In this document: piece by piece, positions 53,446 through 63,895 of the stretch
How the letters are laid out: the number at the start of each line of letters is the position of its first letter
Numbering within the stretch: position 1 is the stretch's first letter
Assembly (NCBI RefSeq): GCF_006345805.1
Contig: NC_043007.1
Coordinates: 22,258,001 to 22,322,000, forward strand
DNA from: Octopus sinensis
Taxonomy: Eukaryota
Reading direction: 5' to 3'
Length of the DNA: 64,000 nt
Program-made: the position numbers and the translations under genes
Notes under the pieces: generated by a model
What the model was told of the DNA's origin: nothing
Seen by the model: only the letters and a program-made list of their open reading frames with translations
Database searches by the model: none

Positions 53446-54280
53446 ACTCTCACTCTCTCTCATTCTCTCTCTCTCTCTCTTTCTCCCCTTTTCTCTTTCT
53501 CTTCTTCTCTCCCCTCTCTCTTTCTCTCTTTCTCTCCCCTCTGTCTTTCTCTCTCTCTGTCTTTCTCCTCTTCTCTCTCTCTCTTTCTCTCTCTCTTTCT
53601 CCCCTTCTCTCTCTCTTCTCCCCTTCTCTCTCTCTTTCTCCCCTTTTCTCTCTCTCTTTCTCTCTCCCTCCCCACTCTCTTTCTCTCTTTCTCTCTCCCC
53701 CTCTTTCTTATTCTTTACTTTGTTGACTGGTTATACATTATACTTTCCATGTACCGTAAAATCCTCGAGTCTAAAACAGCAAACGTTTCCTTTCCAATCT
53801 CTTAGGGTGGCAATCTATCGTGCTTCAACAAAGAGAACCGCTCTCCACTACACATTGCAGCACGAAGCGGATATTACGACATGGTGTTGTACCTCCTGAA
53901 GGAAGGTGCTTCCGTGCACCAACGAGACGACAACAATTGCACACCATTGATTGATGCCATATCTGGTAACCAACTGGACATCATCGATGCCCTGGTTGGG
54001 ACAGGAGCCAGTCTAAACTACATGGACGCGGACAGCATTGGGATGCATCTTTGCAGGTAACAGTCACTTCCATATAAACTACTAAATTTTTAACATCATC
54101 AGGATGTTAGGCGCAGGAGTGGCTGTGTGGTAAGTAGCTTGCTAACCAACCACATGGTTCCGGGTTCAGTCCCACTGCGTGGCATCTTGGGCAAATGTCT
54201 TCTGCTATAGCCCCGGGCCAACCAATGCCTTGTGAATGGATTTGGTAGACGGAAACTGAAAGAAGCCTGTCGTATATATG

Positions 54281-54311
<31 letters not shown>

Positions 54312-56691
54312 TTGTGTGTCTGTGTTTGTCCCCCTAGCATTGCTTGACAACCGATGCTGGTGTGTTTACGTCTCCGTCACTTAGCGATTCGGCAAAAGAG
54401 ACCGATAGAATAAGTACTGGGTTTACAAAGAATAAGTCCCGGGGTCGATTTGCTCGACTAAAGGCGGTGCTCCAGCATGGCCGCAGTCAAATGACTGAAA
54501 CAAGTAAAAGAGTAAAAGAGTATCAGTAAGCCTTTCTCGTGTGATATATGTGACAGTCAGAGACACGAATTATGAAATATCTCAAGCTGTAATTCTTGAG
54601 CATTTATAAAATTTGTATTAATTCCATTTTCACTGTTGTTTTTGAACCCAGGCAAGTTTTAGACAAAAAAGTTTTTACCTGATTGTATGTTGAAATTTTT
54701 GAAGGCAATCCTGAAAGTGACATGTGTGACTTAGTACAAAAATAATCTTTTTTACATCTGAAAATATTAGCGGCTAATTCCTCAGAATTTCTCCAAAGCA
54801 GTGCAAAAAGCTTCATGGTGTTTATTTACACTGACCTTGAAACTTCAACAAAAATGCTAATGGGTTTGCTGGACAGCAATGGTCTGTGGTCAAAGTTCTC
54901 ATTTACCTGGTGTGGTGTGCTTGACAAAAATGGCTGTGACATAAGCAATGATTTGGAAGAATTTGTCCCAATATCAGTATCTGGTGAAAAGTGAACAACC
55001 AGTTCGATGTACCTTTACAGATATATAATGAATTTTCTGGAAATTTCTAAAAGTTTTTGAAAGCTTGTTTTGGTTTAGCTTTCATGAAATATGGCTTAAT
55101 ATCTTTCCACTTTGTACTAGTTATGCAATTCTATGTTACCAATTTGTCGTTTAGCTCTACACCAGTTCCTGTAAAACAAAGAGGTGGTCAAAGCCATTCC
55201 AGTCATGACCATCTCGCCTTTACTTTCATGCAGGCATAGCTGTGTGGTTAAGAAATTTGCTTCCCAACTACATGATTCCTGGTTCAGTCCCACTGCTTGG
55301 CACTCTGGGCAAGTGTCTTCTATTATAGACCTGCACCAACCCGTGCTATGTGAATTAATTTGTTAGATGGAAACTGTATGGAAGCCTGTACCCGGATGTT
55401 TGAGGTTTCAATGCAAATTTCTTTGGGCACAACCATGCTTGTGTCCATTTCTCATAGTTTGGCTGGCTACATAGAAACTCTCTCATTTATAGACACCATA
55501 TTCCTATCTTGTCTTGCAAGTTGCTCGACAACTTTGCTAGTAATGGGGCCACATAAAAAGCACCCAGTACCCAGTTGGTTTTAAGGGCATTAGCCATAGA
55601 AACCATGCCAGAACTGACAGTGAAGCTCAATGTAGCTCTGCAGCTTACTGGATCCTGTCAAACCATTCAACCCATGCTAGCATAGAGAATGGATGTTAAA
55701 TGAGGAGAATGTTAACAATATGCTAACCTCTGGGCATGGCAGAATCATTAGCATGCCAGGTGAAGTGCTTAATGGTATTTTGTCTGTCCTTATGTTTTGA
55801 GATCAAATTCCACCATGGCTGACTTTACCTTTCATCTTTTTAGGGTTGATAAAATAAGTACCAGTTGAGCACTAGGGTTAGGCTCATCAAACCAGTATGA
55901 TCTCAAGCTCAGTTCACAGTTTCCACATCAGACTGTGGTTGATGGACAGAACATGCTTAAGGTGGCAAGCTGGCAGAAATGTTTGCACGTTGGGCGAAAT
56001 GCTTAGTGGTATTTCGTCTGTATTTACGTTCTGAGTTCAAATTCCGCCGAGGTCGACTTTGCCTTTCATCCTTTCGGGATCGATAAATTAAGTACCAGTT
56101 ATGCACTGGGGTTAATATAATCAACTTAATCCGTTTGTCCCCTCTGTGTTTAACCCCTTATGGGTAGTAAAGAAATATATACATTACCACATGAATATCG
56201 CATATTATCACATATCCCATGTATCTGTTATACCTACAGTACGTATCTGTCATGTCATACACTAGGTATCTCTCATACACTGTCGCATATTTCTGCTATA
56301 TTCTACCACAGTTCTCAGCTATATGCATGCATCGGTCACACACTACTACTGCATGTCCTTGTCACTCACTCCCTCGTGATTCTGTCGTAAACTGCCAATG
56401 TATGTAACTAACATTCTCATTCATTTATAACTTGTATAATTTTATGCACTTCAGTCTTGCTGCAGTTGATAATGTGAAGGCCCTGGAGTCATGGAAACGA
56501 GCAGGAGCAGACCTAAATACCAAAGATTACATGGGATCAACAGCTCTTCATGTTGTAAGTAGCCTTTATTTTATAGCCTCTGGCATGGTGATATGTTGAA
56601 ATGCATTCTATAAAGTATATATGATATATGTATATATATATATATATATATAAAATATATAATATACATCTCTTTCTCTTTCTTAAATATG

Positions 56692-56750
<59 letters not shown>

Positions 56751-56954
56751 ATCCAAACAAGAAAGCACAAAAAAACACAACAAAGCGAGGACGTGGAACA
56801 AATATAGTATTATTGAACGTCCAGGAAAGAAGGAAAGAAGGAGGGGGTTTAACGTTTCGAGCGGAGCTCTTCGTCGGAAACATAGGAGAAGGAAAGATCC
56901 ATAGAAGAGAAGACAGAGGAAAAAAATCGCGAATGGTACACACGCAGTCACAGT

Positions 56955-57006
<52 letters not shown>

Positions 57007-59179
57007 GTTATCCAAACAAGAAAGCACAAAAAAAAAACACAACAACGCGAGGACGTGGAACAAATATAGTATTATTGAACGTCCAGGAAAGAAGGAAAGA
57101 AGGAGGGTTTAACGTTTCGAGCGGAGCTCTTCGTCGGAAACATAGGAGAAGGAAAGATCCATAGAAGAGAAGACAGAGGAAAAAAATCGCGAATGGTACA
57201 CACGCAGTCACAGTTTGAATATATATATATATCCCATGATCTCATGACCAACCAGGCTATCAGATGTTGCTACACGTCGATGGTCACAATACACTTCGCA
57301 TTGTTTTAGCCTTCAAATGACGCCACCACGCTGGCTAAGTGAGCAGGCCTACAGAAGAAAGAGTGAGAGAAAGGGATCACCCCCCCCCCTGTCGGAGCCT
57401 CATGATATGCTAACTCAAGAAATGAAAAGACACACAGTCATAGTTGCTATATGCAGTGATTTAGAAATCAGCAGCTTTCTAAATGTTGCAAGATCATTTG
57501 TAGACAAAGTTTGGTTGGAACTGGAGGCACGAGACGGTAATGTTTCATCTGCATCAAAGAGAAAAAAACATTCACATGTTCAAACACTAGAAGGACACCA
57601 GAGTTTATACAACACTAGCACTATGACCTGGCAACACTGGGTCATAGTGCTAGTGCATGCATATACAGCTGTGTGCGTGCGCACATACACGCGAGTACTG
57701 TTCAAATCTCCGACCAATCACATACAGCTAGCTGGCATTCAATTGGCGTATCAAGTTTCGGGTATTTTGATTGGGTTTTGGATAGAAAATTCACAAAAAA
57801 GTCACTTCTATTGATTTTATTAATGGCTTTGCGGGGTGACTGGGGAAATGTAAAGATGTGCACGACCACCCTTGGACGGTTTTGAATGACCATAGAAAGT
57901 GCGAGCCCTCTAACAGAAAAATTGTGGATTTGTATAAAGGACACGCACACACACACACACACACATACACACAGAAATGTTGCCGTTTATATATATAGAG
58001 ATGTTCAAAATATTATTGATGAAAACTCCAGAAGATCAATGAGGTCTATTGCAAAAGAACTTTGGATGTCAGAGTGGACTATCAGAACTGTGGTACATCA
58101 TGACATTTGAGAAAAAAAAAATGATACATTAAACTATTTGAAAGTGAAGTGAACTAAAAACAAAATGTCCTCAAAAACCCCTCGCATCTGTATATATATG
58201 TATATGTACATCAAAATATAATTCAAATGGAAATTGTAGTTGTGATACCCGTGCCGGTGGCACGTAAAAATCACCATCCGAACGTAGCCAATGCCAGCGC
58301 CGCCTCAACTGGCTTCCATGCTAGTGGCACATAAAAAGCACCAACCGATCGTGGCCATTGCTAGCCTCCCCTGGCACATAAAAAGCACCCACTACACTTA
58401 GTGGTTGGCGTTAGGAAGGGCATCCAGCTGTAGAAACACTGCCAGATCAGACTGGAGCCTGGTGCAGCCTCCTGGCTTCCCAGACCCCGGTTAAACCGCC
58501 CAACCCATGTTAGCATGGAAAACGGACGTTAAACGATGATGATGATGATATCTGTGTGTTTGTCTTTGTCTTTGAGAAAAATAGGTACTAGGCTTATAAA
58601 ATAAGTGTTGGGGTCGATTTCTCCAACTAAAACCCTTCAAGGATGTGCTCCAGCATGGCTGCAGTCAAATGACTGAAACAAATAAAAGAATAAAAGAATA
58701 CAAATATGTATACTCTGATATACCAGTTGTATGATTTACGTTCAACTTGGTGGAACTATATAATAATAAAAATAATAATATATAATAATATATAATATAT
58801 AATATATAATAATATATAATATATAATAATATATAGTAATATATAATAATATATTTTGTTTACAAAACTAACTGATCATGATTTACTTCTTCCTCCAGTT
58901 GTGGAGAGGTTATGTGCCTTTGGCTATTTGAGTGGTTTATAGGTGCAATAATAATAATAATATATAATAACATATAATAATATATAATATATAATAATAT
59001 ATAATATATAATAATAATTTCTGTCTTTGCTTTTTGCTCTATTGAAGGCAGCCAATAAAGGCCATGAAGAGGCTGTTCAATTCCTGTTGAGAAATGGTGC
59101 CAATCCCAAGATTACTGACACAAATGGAAGACCAGCAAAGTATTATGCCGCAAAACACAATATTGGTCATTTGTTTTGA
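22185..59179 (+). CDS. ASPG: L-asparaginase / 60 kDa lysophospholipase with ankyrin repeats; 13 coding exons, 5'-incomplete
   Basis: Thirteen AG/GT-bounded exons splice into one frame (1673 nt, starts in phase 1, ends TGA at 59177-59179). Contains the type I asparaginase motifs [40 protein letters not shown] and [12 protein letters not shown], then ankyrin repeats ([21 protein letters not shown]). Confidence 0.95.
23325..23534. mobile_element. mariner-type MITE
   Basis: Inverted termini TACAAGGGGGTGCTGAAA / TTTCAGCACCCCCTTATA with TA ends; a diverged copy lies at about 39960-40175. Confidence 0.8.
23881..24230. repeat. Foldback with about 103-bp inverted arms
   Basis: 23881-23983 is the reverse complement of 24128-24230 with few mismatches. 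Confidence 0.9.
26960..27118. repeat. (ATT)n microsatellite
   Basis: Direct reading; a second tract lies at about 27420-27515. Confidence 0.95.
27118..27420 (+). mobile_element. S3-head SINE between two (ATT)n tracts
   Basis: tRNA-like head followed by an alternative 3' part ending gcctggctaggcttgaaaaggg. Confidence 0.75.
29185..29355. repeat. Foldback with about 59-bp arms
   Basis: 29185-29243 pairs with 29296-29355. Confidence 0.9.
30592..30798. repeat. Foldback with about 68-bp arms
   Basis: 30592-30660 pairs with 30730-30798. Confidence 0.85.
33682..34056 (-). mobile_element. Non-autonomous Helitron-type element
   Basis: Reverse complement of 50902-51288; TC-like 5' end and CTAG 3' end after a short GC hairpin-like segment. 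Confidence 0.7.
34700..35080 (-). mobile_element. Degraded RTE LINE, region between endonuclease and RT
   Basis: Minus frame [11 protein letters not shown] resembles the W..HYERLLN segment of RTE ORFs. Confidence 0.5.
35365..35630 (-). mobile_element. CR1-type LINE 3' tail
   Basis: Reverse complement of 36168-36440. Confidence 0.8.
35946..36057 (+). CDS. ASPG: ASPG exon: [37 protein letters not shown]
   Basis: aag acceptor, gtaagt donor; [12 protein letters not shown] motif of type I asparaginases. Confidence 0.93.
36168..36440 (+). mobile_element. CR1-type LINE 3' tail
   Basis: Encodes [28 protein letters not shown], the typical CR1 ORF2 terminus (F..RV...WN.LP..VV). Confidence 0.8.
37162..37287 (+). 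CDS. ASPG: ASPG exon: [42 protein letters not shown]
   Basis: tttcag acceptor, gtgtgt donor; catalytic HGTDT motif. Confidence 0.97.
37703..38194 (-). mobile_element. Internally deleted mariner (DD34D) element
   Basis: [33 protein letters not shown]...[15 protein letters not shown]-terminal [13 protein letters not shown], and TIR tattgggttgtccggaaagttcatgccg. Confidence 0.9.
38873..38956 (+). CDS. ASPG: ASPG exon: [28 protein letters not shown]
   Basis: ttttccag acceptor, gtatgg donor; in frame with neighbours. Confidence 0.95.
39385..39915 (-). mobile_element. Penelope-derived non-autonomous element carrying a hammerhead motif
   Basis: Both ends recur at 49130-49400 and in part at 11776-11850; flanked by (TA)n. 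Confidence 0.6.
39535..39607 (-). ncRNA. Type-I hammerhead ribozyme motif with canonical core
   Basis: Minus strand: tcca-CTGATGA-[long stem II]-GAAA-C-AATT-G-T-A-tggg; palindromic ACAATTGT stem III, GUA triplet. Confidence 0.7.
41612..41800. repeat. Near-perfect foldback, about 87-bp arms and 15-nt loop
   Basis: 41612-41698 pairs with 41714-41800. Confidence 0.95.
42752..43175 (+). mobile_element. Tandem S2 (Nin-domain) SINE pair ending just before an ASPG acceptor
   Basis: Two consecutive Nin-domain units. Confidence 0.8.
43206..43332 (+). CDS. ASPG: ASPG exon: [42 protein letters not shown]
   Basis: ttag acceptor, gtgagt donor; RGxRxxK and AFxSPN asparaginase motifs. Confidence 0.95.
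44326..44438 (+). CDS. ASPG: ASPG exon: (V)[37 protein letters not shown]
   Basis: ttttcag acceptor, gtaaag donor; phase 1 start completes GTG with the previous exon. Confidence 0.92.
44610..44832. repeat. (CA)n microsatellite inside an S1 SINE remnant
   Basis: Direct reading. Confidence 0.95.
46318..46600. repeat. Compound (CTG)(CTT)(ATT)(AGT)(CAT) microsatellite
   Basis: Direct reading. Confidence 0.95.
46836..47300 (-). mobile_element. Dong/R4-clade non-LTR retrotransposon 3' fragment (restriction-like endonuclease)
   Basis: Reads [39 protein letters not shown] and [13 protein letters not shown]; its 3' end abuts a (TAA)n run. Confidence 0.8.
47916..48104 (+). CDS. ASPG: ASPG exon: [63 protein letters not shown]
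   Basis: ttccag acceptor, gtaagt donor; [12 protein letters not shown] and NVTQC motifs. Confidence 0.96.
48428..48465 (-). ncRNA. Minimal type-I hammerhead-like motif, CTGTCGA core (family A unit at about 48325-48530)
   Basis: tcttt-CTGTCGA-A-GAGC(GTAG)GCTC-GAAA-CG-T-A-aaaga; degraded sisters at about 6430-6460 and 26095-26130. Confidence 0.55.
49929..50042 (+). CDS. ASPG: ASPG exon: [38 protein letters not shown]
   Basis: ctacag acceptor, gtaaag donor; GDxTxEAAxxKL motif. Confidence 0.96.
50054..50457 (-). mobile_element. Composite S2 SINE insertion with target-site duplication
   Basis: Flanked by AGAAAGGTAAAGtTTAT (50037-50053) and AGAAAGGTAAAGcTTAT (50458-50474). Confidence 0.85.
50902..51288 (+). 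mobile_element. Non-autonomous Helitron-type element
   Basis: Starts tctatatatataaag and ends cctgagcaaagccaggcgatactgCTAG; no target-site duplication. Confidence 0.7.
51322..51435 (+). CDS. ASPG: ASPG exon: [38 protein letters not shown]
   Basis: ctttacag acceptor, gtatgg donor; NLRGE motif closing the asparaginase domain. Confidence 0.94.
53182..53277 (+). CDS. ASPG: ASPG exon: [32 protein letters not shown]
   Basis: ttttcacag acceptor, gtaact donor; first ankyrin-like repeat. Confidence 0.94.
53324..53705. repeat. (CT)n polypyrimidine tract
   Basis: Fills most of the intron between the exons ending at 53277 and starting at 53806. Confidence 0.95.
53806..54056 (+). CDS. ASPG: ASPG exon, ankyrin repeats ([22 protein letters not shown]...SIGMHLC)
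   Basis: cttag acceptor, gtaaca donor; two ankyrin repeats. Confidence 0.96.
54108..54520 (+). mobile_element. S1 SINE, full length
   Basis: Matches other S1 copies. Confidence 0.85.
56455..56554 (+). CDS. ASPG: ASPG exon: (S)[33 protein letters not shown]
   Basis: ttcag acceptor, gtaagt donor; phase 2 start; ankyrin repeat. Confidence 0.95.
56745..57219 (-). mobile_element. Tandem dimer of the family B hammerhead-bearing unit (260-nt period)
   Basis: Two near-identical units separated by (TA)n; hammerhead-like motifs at 56847-56881 and 57107-57141. Confidence 0.7.
57400..58110 (+). mobile_element. Tc1/mariner-superfamily transposase N-terminal relic interrupted by other repeats
   Basis: [27 protein letters not shown]..., then [36 protein letters not shown] (HTH motifs). 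Confidence 0.65.
59048..59179 (+). CDS. ASPG: ASPG last coding exon: [43 protein letters not shown]
   Basis: gaag acceptor after a pyrimidine tract; completes the TALHVAA ankyrin repeat; TGA stop. Confidence 0.93.
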   Translation, partial: AANKGHEEAVQFLLRNGANPKITDTNGRPAKYYAAKHNIGHLF

Positions 59180-59589
59180 CATTTATGACTTTGATGAAAT
59201 AACAAAAGTTGAATTTCATTTGTGAATTTGAACAACATGTCTAGGAATTTGGAAATTCTTGTATGTCAGATATAGGCAATTTGCTGTGTGTGTGTTATGT
59301 AAGAGTAGCTATATTCTTTACTCTGTGTGTGTATGTGTAAGCATGCATGCTTGTGTACTCCCCATGTGTGTATGAAAAGAGTGCTTACGCATGTGTCCTT
59401 ATCTACATGCGATAAATATATATTTGTGTATTTGCATATATGTATATAATTTCATATGTGTATGTGTTTGTATATATATATATATATATGTGTGTGTGCC
59501 TGTGTGTGTGTGTATAAATATATGTGTGTGTGTGTATAAATATATGTGTGTGTGTGTTTATATGTATTTTTTAGGAAATTAAATGTGAT

Positions 59590-60480
59590 GGCTGATCATA
59601 GAGTAACCATTGGTTTTGCACCTATAAACCACTCAAATAGCCAAAGCACATAACCTCTCCACAACTGGAGGAAGAAGTAAATCATGATCAGTTAGTTTTG
59701 TAAACAAAATATATTTGCCTGTGCTGCAGGCAGAAGGTTGTTATGCTGCTTACATCAGTTCTGGCCATGATAATTTCTGAAGGACCTGAGGTGGACCTAT
59801 TCAACAAATGGGGAATTCCAGGTTTACAGTTGGAAACGTTTTAGATGTGAGCATTGACTAAATTCTTCTTCCCTGGAGTTTAAAAAGGTCCCTGGGTTGA
59901 GTGAGCTTTTTAGGATTGCTTGCCCTCTCTGCCAAACAAAGTTTAAATGGTTTACTCCCATTTATATAAGTCCCCAGTTGTTCAAGAAGCTTCCGTTCAA
60001 TTATGCTTGGGATTGTTTCCTCTTTTAAGTGCCATGGACATGATGTTGTACCTTTCCAGTATCTTACAAAAAGTTGCAGCTATGCCAGCAACAACAAAAC
60101 CACCAGAATCATATGCAGGAATATCAGCACCACCAGTGACTCCAGTATCAATAACAGCAACATCAGATCCAGAGTTAATGAAAGAAACATCAGCAGTGGT
60201 AGCACATCCAATACAGAGAAACGAAAATGTGTCAGTTCAGCTGCGCCCCATTTTTAACCAATTTTAACCAATTTCTGAACAACCATAAGTCATCTTTTAG
60301 GATACTGAAAAGGCAAAATATCATGGCCTTGGCCAGCCACATTTGGTTCTTAAAAGAGGAAGGACACCCATACATAATGCGGTTATGCACCTTTGGCCAT
60401 TTGAGTCTGATGAATCACCTATACTGCTAAGCGCTTTATAAGGGCAAAAACCAATGGTCAATCTATGGTTGGCCATAACA
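59590..60480 (-). mobile_element. Penelope-like element relic, GIY-YIG C-terminal region, inverted termini
   Basis: Minus frames read WHLKEE...YINGSKPFKLCLAER and FLNSREEEFSQCSHLKRF, resembling the K.C.LCL.E and LN.R.E...C.H end of Penelope endonucleases. Ends at about 59590-59630 and 60445-60478 are inverted repeats. Confidence 0.65.
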
Positions 60481-60679
60481 ATATATATATATATATATAT
60501 ATATAAATATATATATATATACTATAAATTAGGGTATCTGAGAGATACCACCATGCTGATAACCTAATTTATAGCTTTAAATAATTATTACTTTTGTATG
60601 GTATTTATTCCCATGCTGGCCCCCTGATAAGATCGATATTTAAATATCGATATTATCCTTATTTATAAATATATATATA

Positions 60680-62402
60680 TCATCATCATCATCATCGTCG
60701 TTTAACGTCCGTTCTCCATGCTAGCATGGGTTGGACGGTTCGACCGGGGTTCTGGGAAGAAGAAGGCTGCACCAGGCTCCAGTCTAATCTGGCAATGTTT
60801 CTACAGCTGGATGCCCTTCCTAATGCCAACCACTCCGTGAGTGTAGTGGGTGCTTTTTACGTGCCACCTGCACAGGTGCCAGGCAGGGCTGGCAACAGCC
60901 ACGGTCAGATTGGTGTATTTATGTGCAACCGGCACGGAAGCCAGTCGAGGCGGTGCTGGCATCGGCCACGAGTCGGATAGTGCTTTTTACGTACCACAGA
61001 CCAGGGATCCTGGCTGGTTCAATTCGATTTCGATTTCGCTTGCCCCAACATGTCCTCACAAGCAAAGGGAGTTGGCATGGGTGCCTGTCGTACCGGTCGC
61101 ATTGGAGTATTTTACGTGCCACGGCACGAGTCGGATAGTGCTTTTTACGTACCACCAGACCAGGGATCCTGCTGGTTCAATTCGATTTCGATTTCGCTTG
61201 CCCCAACATGTCTTCACAAGCAAAGGGGGTTGGCATGGGTCTGTCGTCGGATGAGGTTCTATATCGACTTCGCTTGCCTCAACCGGTCTTTGTGTCCAAG
61301 GGAGGAAAGGCATTCATAAGTGGGCTGGGCTCACTTGTCCTGCCTGGTCTTCTCACGTACAGAATATTTCCAAAGGTCTCGGTCTCTGGTCATTTCCTCA
61401 GTGAGGCTCTAAAGTTCGAAAGTCGTGCTTCACCACCTCGTCCCAGGTTTTCCTGGGTCTACCTCTTCCACGGGTTCCCTCAACTGCCAGGGATTGGCAC
61501 TTCTCACACACCTATCTTCATCCATTCTCGCCACATGACCATACCAGCGCAATCGTCTCTCTTGCACACCACAAATGATGCTTCTTAGGTACAACATTTC
61601 TCTCAAGGTGCTAACGCTCTGTCGAGTATGTACACTGACATTACACATCCATCGGAGCATACTGGCTTCATTCCTCACGAGCTTACGCATGTCCTCAGCA
61701 GTCACGGCCCATGTTTCGCTGCCTGTAGCATGGCTGTTCGTACACACGCATCATACAGTCTGCCTTTTACTCTGAGCGAGAGGCCTTTAGTCACCAGCAG
61801 AGGTAAGAGCTCCCTAAACTTTGCCCAGGCTATTCTTATTCTAGCAGTTACACTTTCAGCGCACCCACCCCCACTACTGACTTGGTCACCTAGATAACGG
61901 AAGCTATCAACTACTTCTAGTTTTTTCCCCTGGAAAGTGACGGAAGTTGTTTCTGCAGATTTTCGGAGGTTAATGCTCCCGAGCATCTGCCACATACAAA
62001 AACTATCTTCCCAGTTAGCCTACCTTTGACATTGCTGCACCTCTTATGTGTCCATAGCTTACACTGGGTACATCTATATAGAGTTTCTACCTACACCTTT
62101 TCTACAGATCGAGCAGGGCCATCTTCCTGAAGATATTTGTGGATTGTCTACCTTTCTACTTATTAGTACTTTGGTTTTAGCTAGGTTGACTCTAAGGCCC
62201 CTTGATTCTAAACCCTCCTTCCACACCTGGAACTTCTCCTCCAGTTCTGATAGTGACTCAGCAATAAGAGCAAGGTCGTCAGCGTAGAGGAGCTCCCAGG
62301 GACAGCCTGTCTTGAATTCCTCCGTAATTGCCTGGAGTACTATGATAAATAGGAGGGGGCTGAGTACTGAACCCTGGTGGACCCCAACCTCTACTTTGAA
62401 TT
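60680..62402 (-). mobile_element. RTE-clade LINE, 5'-truncated, RT C-terminal half and long 3' UTR
   Basis: Reads GVHQGSVLSPLLF, WELLYADDL, LEVVDSFRYLG and RRLRWYGHVARM; tail ...acgttaaacgacgatgatgatg. Confidence 0.93.
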
Positions 62403-63040
62403 CTTATATATATAAAGAATTTTAGTATCTCCTCTAAGAAAATATTCAAATTCTTTGCCTCTCCCCTTTTCTTTTTTTTTTTTTTTTGTTGATATATAAA
62501 TATATAAACTCCCATTCACATATATTCACCTATGCGTATACACATATCATCACCATTATTATTTTATGTCCTTTTGCTTTCCATGCTGGCCTAGGTTGAA
62601 CAGGTTGTCGTCTTGGTCCAAGTCAATTCTTCTTCGGAGTCGTTGACCAATTTGACAAGTCAAACATTACATATCATTGACATGCTTTGTTTTTGTCAGG
62701 ATTTCTATGGCTGGATGCTCATTCTAACACTAACCATGAAAAGAAACAAAAAAAAAAAAAGCAACCAGTACACTCAATAAAATGATAGGTATTATGAAGT
62801 ACATCCAGTTGTTGAAACCATCTATTAAAGCAACTGTGCTTGAACTGGCTGTATTTTGTCAAACGAGCCAACCCATGACATCATGGAAGACGGACATTAA
62901 AAGATGACAATGGTAGTGTTGTTGATGATGATGATGATGATGATGGTAATGTTGATAGTGATGGTGATGATATGTTGAGTGCACAACGCATCAAAGTCCC
63001 TTTGCAATATCTTGTTTGCCAGCTGGTATGCTACTGGCAA

Positions 63041-63426
63041 GTGGAGGCACAATGGCCCAGTGGTTAGGGCAGCAGACTCGCGGTCATAGGATCGCAGTTT
63101 CGATTCCCAGACCGGGCGTTGTGAGTGTTTATTGAGCGAAAACACCTAAAAAGCTCCACGAGGCTCCGGCAGGAGGTGGTGGTGATCCCTGCTGTACTCT
63201 TTCACCACAACTTTCTCTCACTCTTACTTCCTGTTTCTGTTGTACCTGTATTTCAAAGGGCCGGCCTTGTCACTCTCTGTGTCATGCTGAATATCCCCGA
63301 GAACTACGTTAAGGGTACACGTTTCTGTGGAGTGCTCAGCCACTTACACGTTAATTTCACGAGCAGGCTGTTCCGTTGATTCGGATCAACCGGAACCCTC
63401 GTCGTCATAACCAATGGAGTGCTTCC
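63041..63426 (+). mobile_element. S3 tRNA-head SINE, full length
   Basis: A-box TGGCCCAGTGG and B-box-like GTTTCGATTCC, followed by the conserved body. Confidence 0.85.
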
Positions 63427-63663
63427 TTTTTAGCGACTGGCAACAACTGAAATACTTCGACACTTACTGATGGACTTCCCTAAGCATATCATTGTTTTTT
63501 AATTACATTGCAAATTAATTGTTTTTTCATGTTACAAGGTGGGATTTGAACCCAGTATGCACAGAATTGAAATGAATGCTTTAGGCATCTCATCTGATCC
63601 TCTAATATTCTGCTAATTTACACCTTCGACTGGTGCTTTATTAGTATATACATATATGTGTAT

Positions 63664-63895
63664 AAGGCGGCGAGCTGGCAGAAACGTTAGCACGCCGGGC
63701 GAAATGCTTTGGGGTATTTCGTCTGTCGTTACGTTCTGAGTTCAAATTCTGCCGAGGTCGACTTTGCCTTTCATCCTCTCGGGGTCGATAAATAAAGCAC
63801 CAGTTTCGCACTGGGTCGATGTAATCGACTTAATCCCCTTGTCTGTCCTTGTTTGTCCCCTCTATGTTTAGCCCCTTGTGGGTAGTAAAGAAATA
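63664..63895 (+). mobile_element. S2 Nin-domain SINE, full length
   Basis: Matches other S2 copies. Confidence 0.8.

Noticed and set aside
53092-53805. 237-aa ORF spanning an ASPG exon
   Set aside because: Exon 53182-53277 read through into a (CT)n tract; only the exon is real.
54560-55030. Coding-like stretch with few stops in one plus frame
   Set aside because: No recognisable motif on either strand; probably an old transposon relic I cannot name.
59947-60267. 106-aa plus-strand ORF
   Set aside because: Lies antisense within the Penelope-like relic; no independent support.
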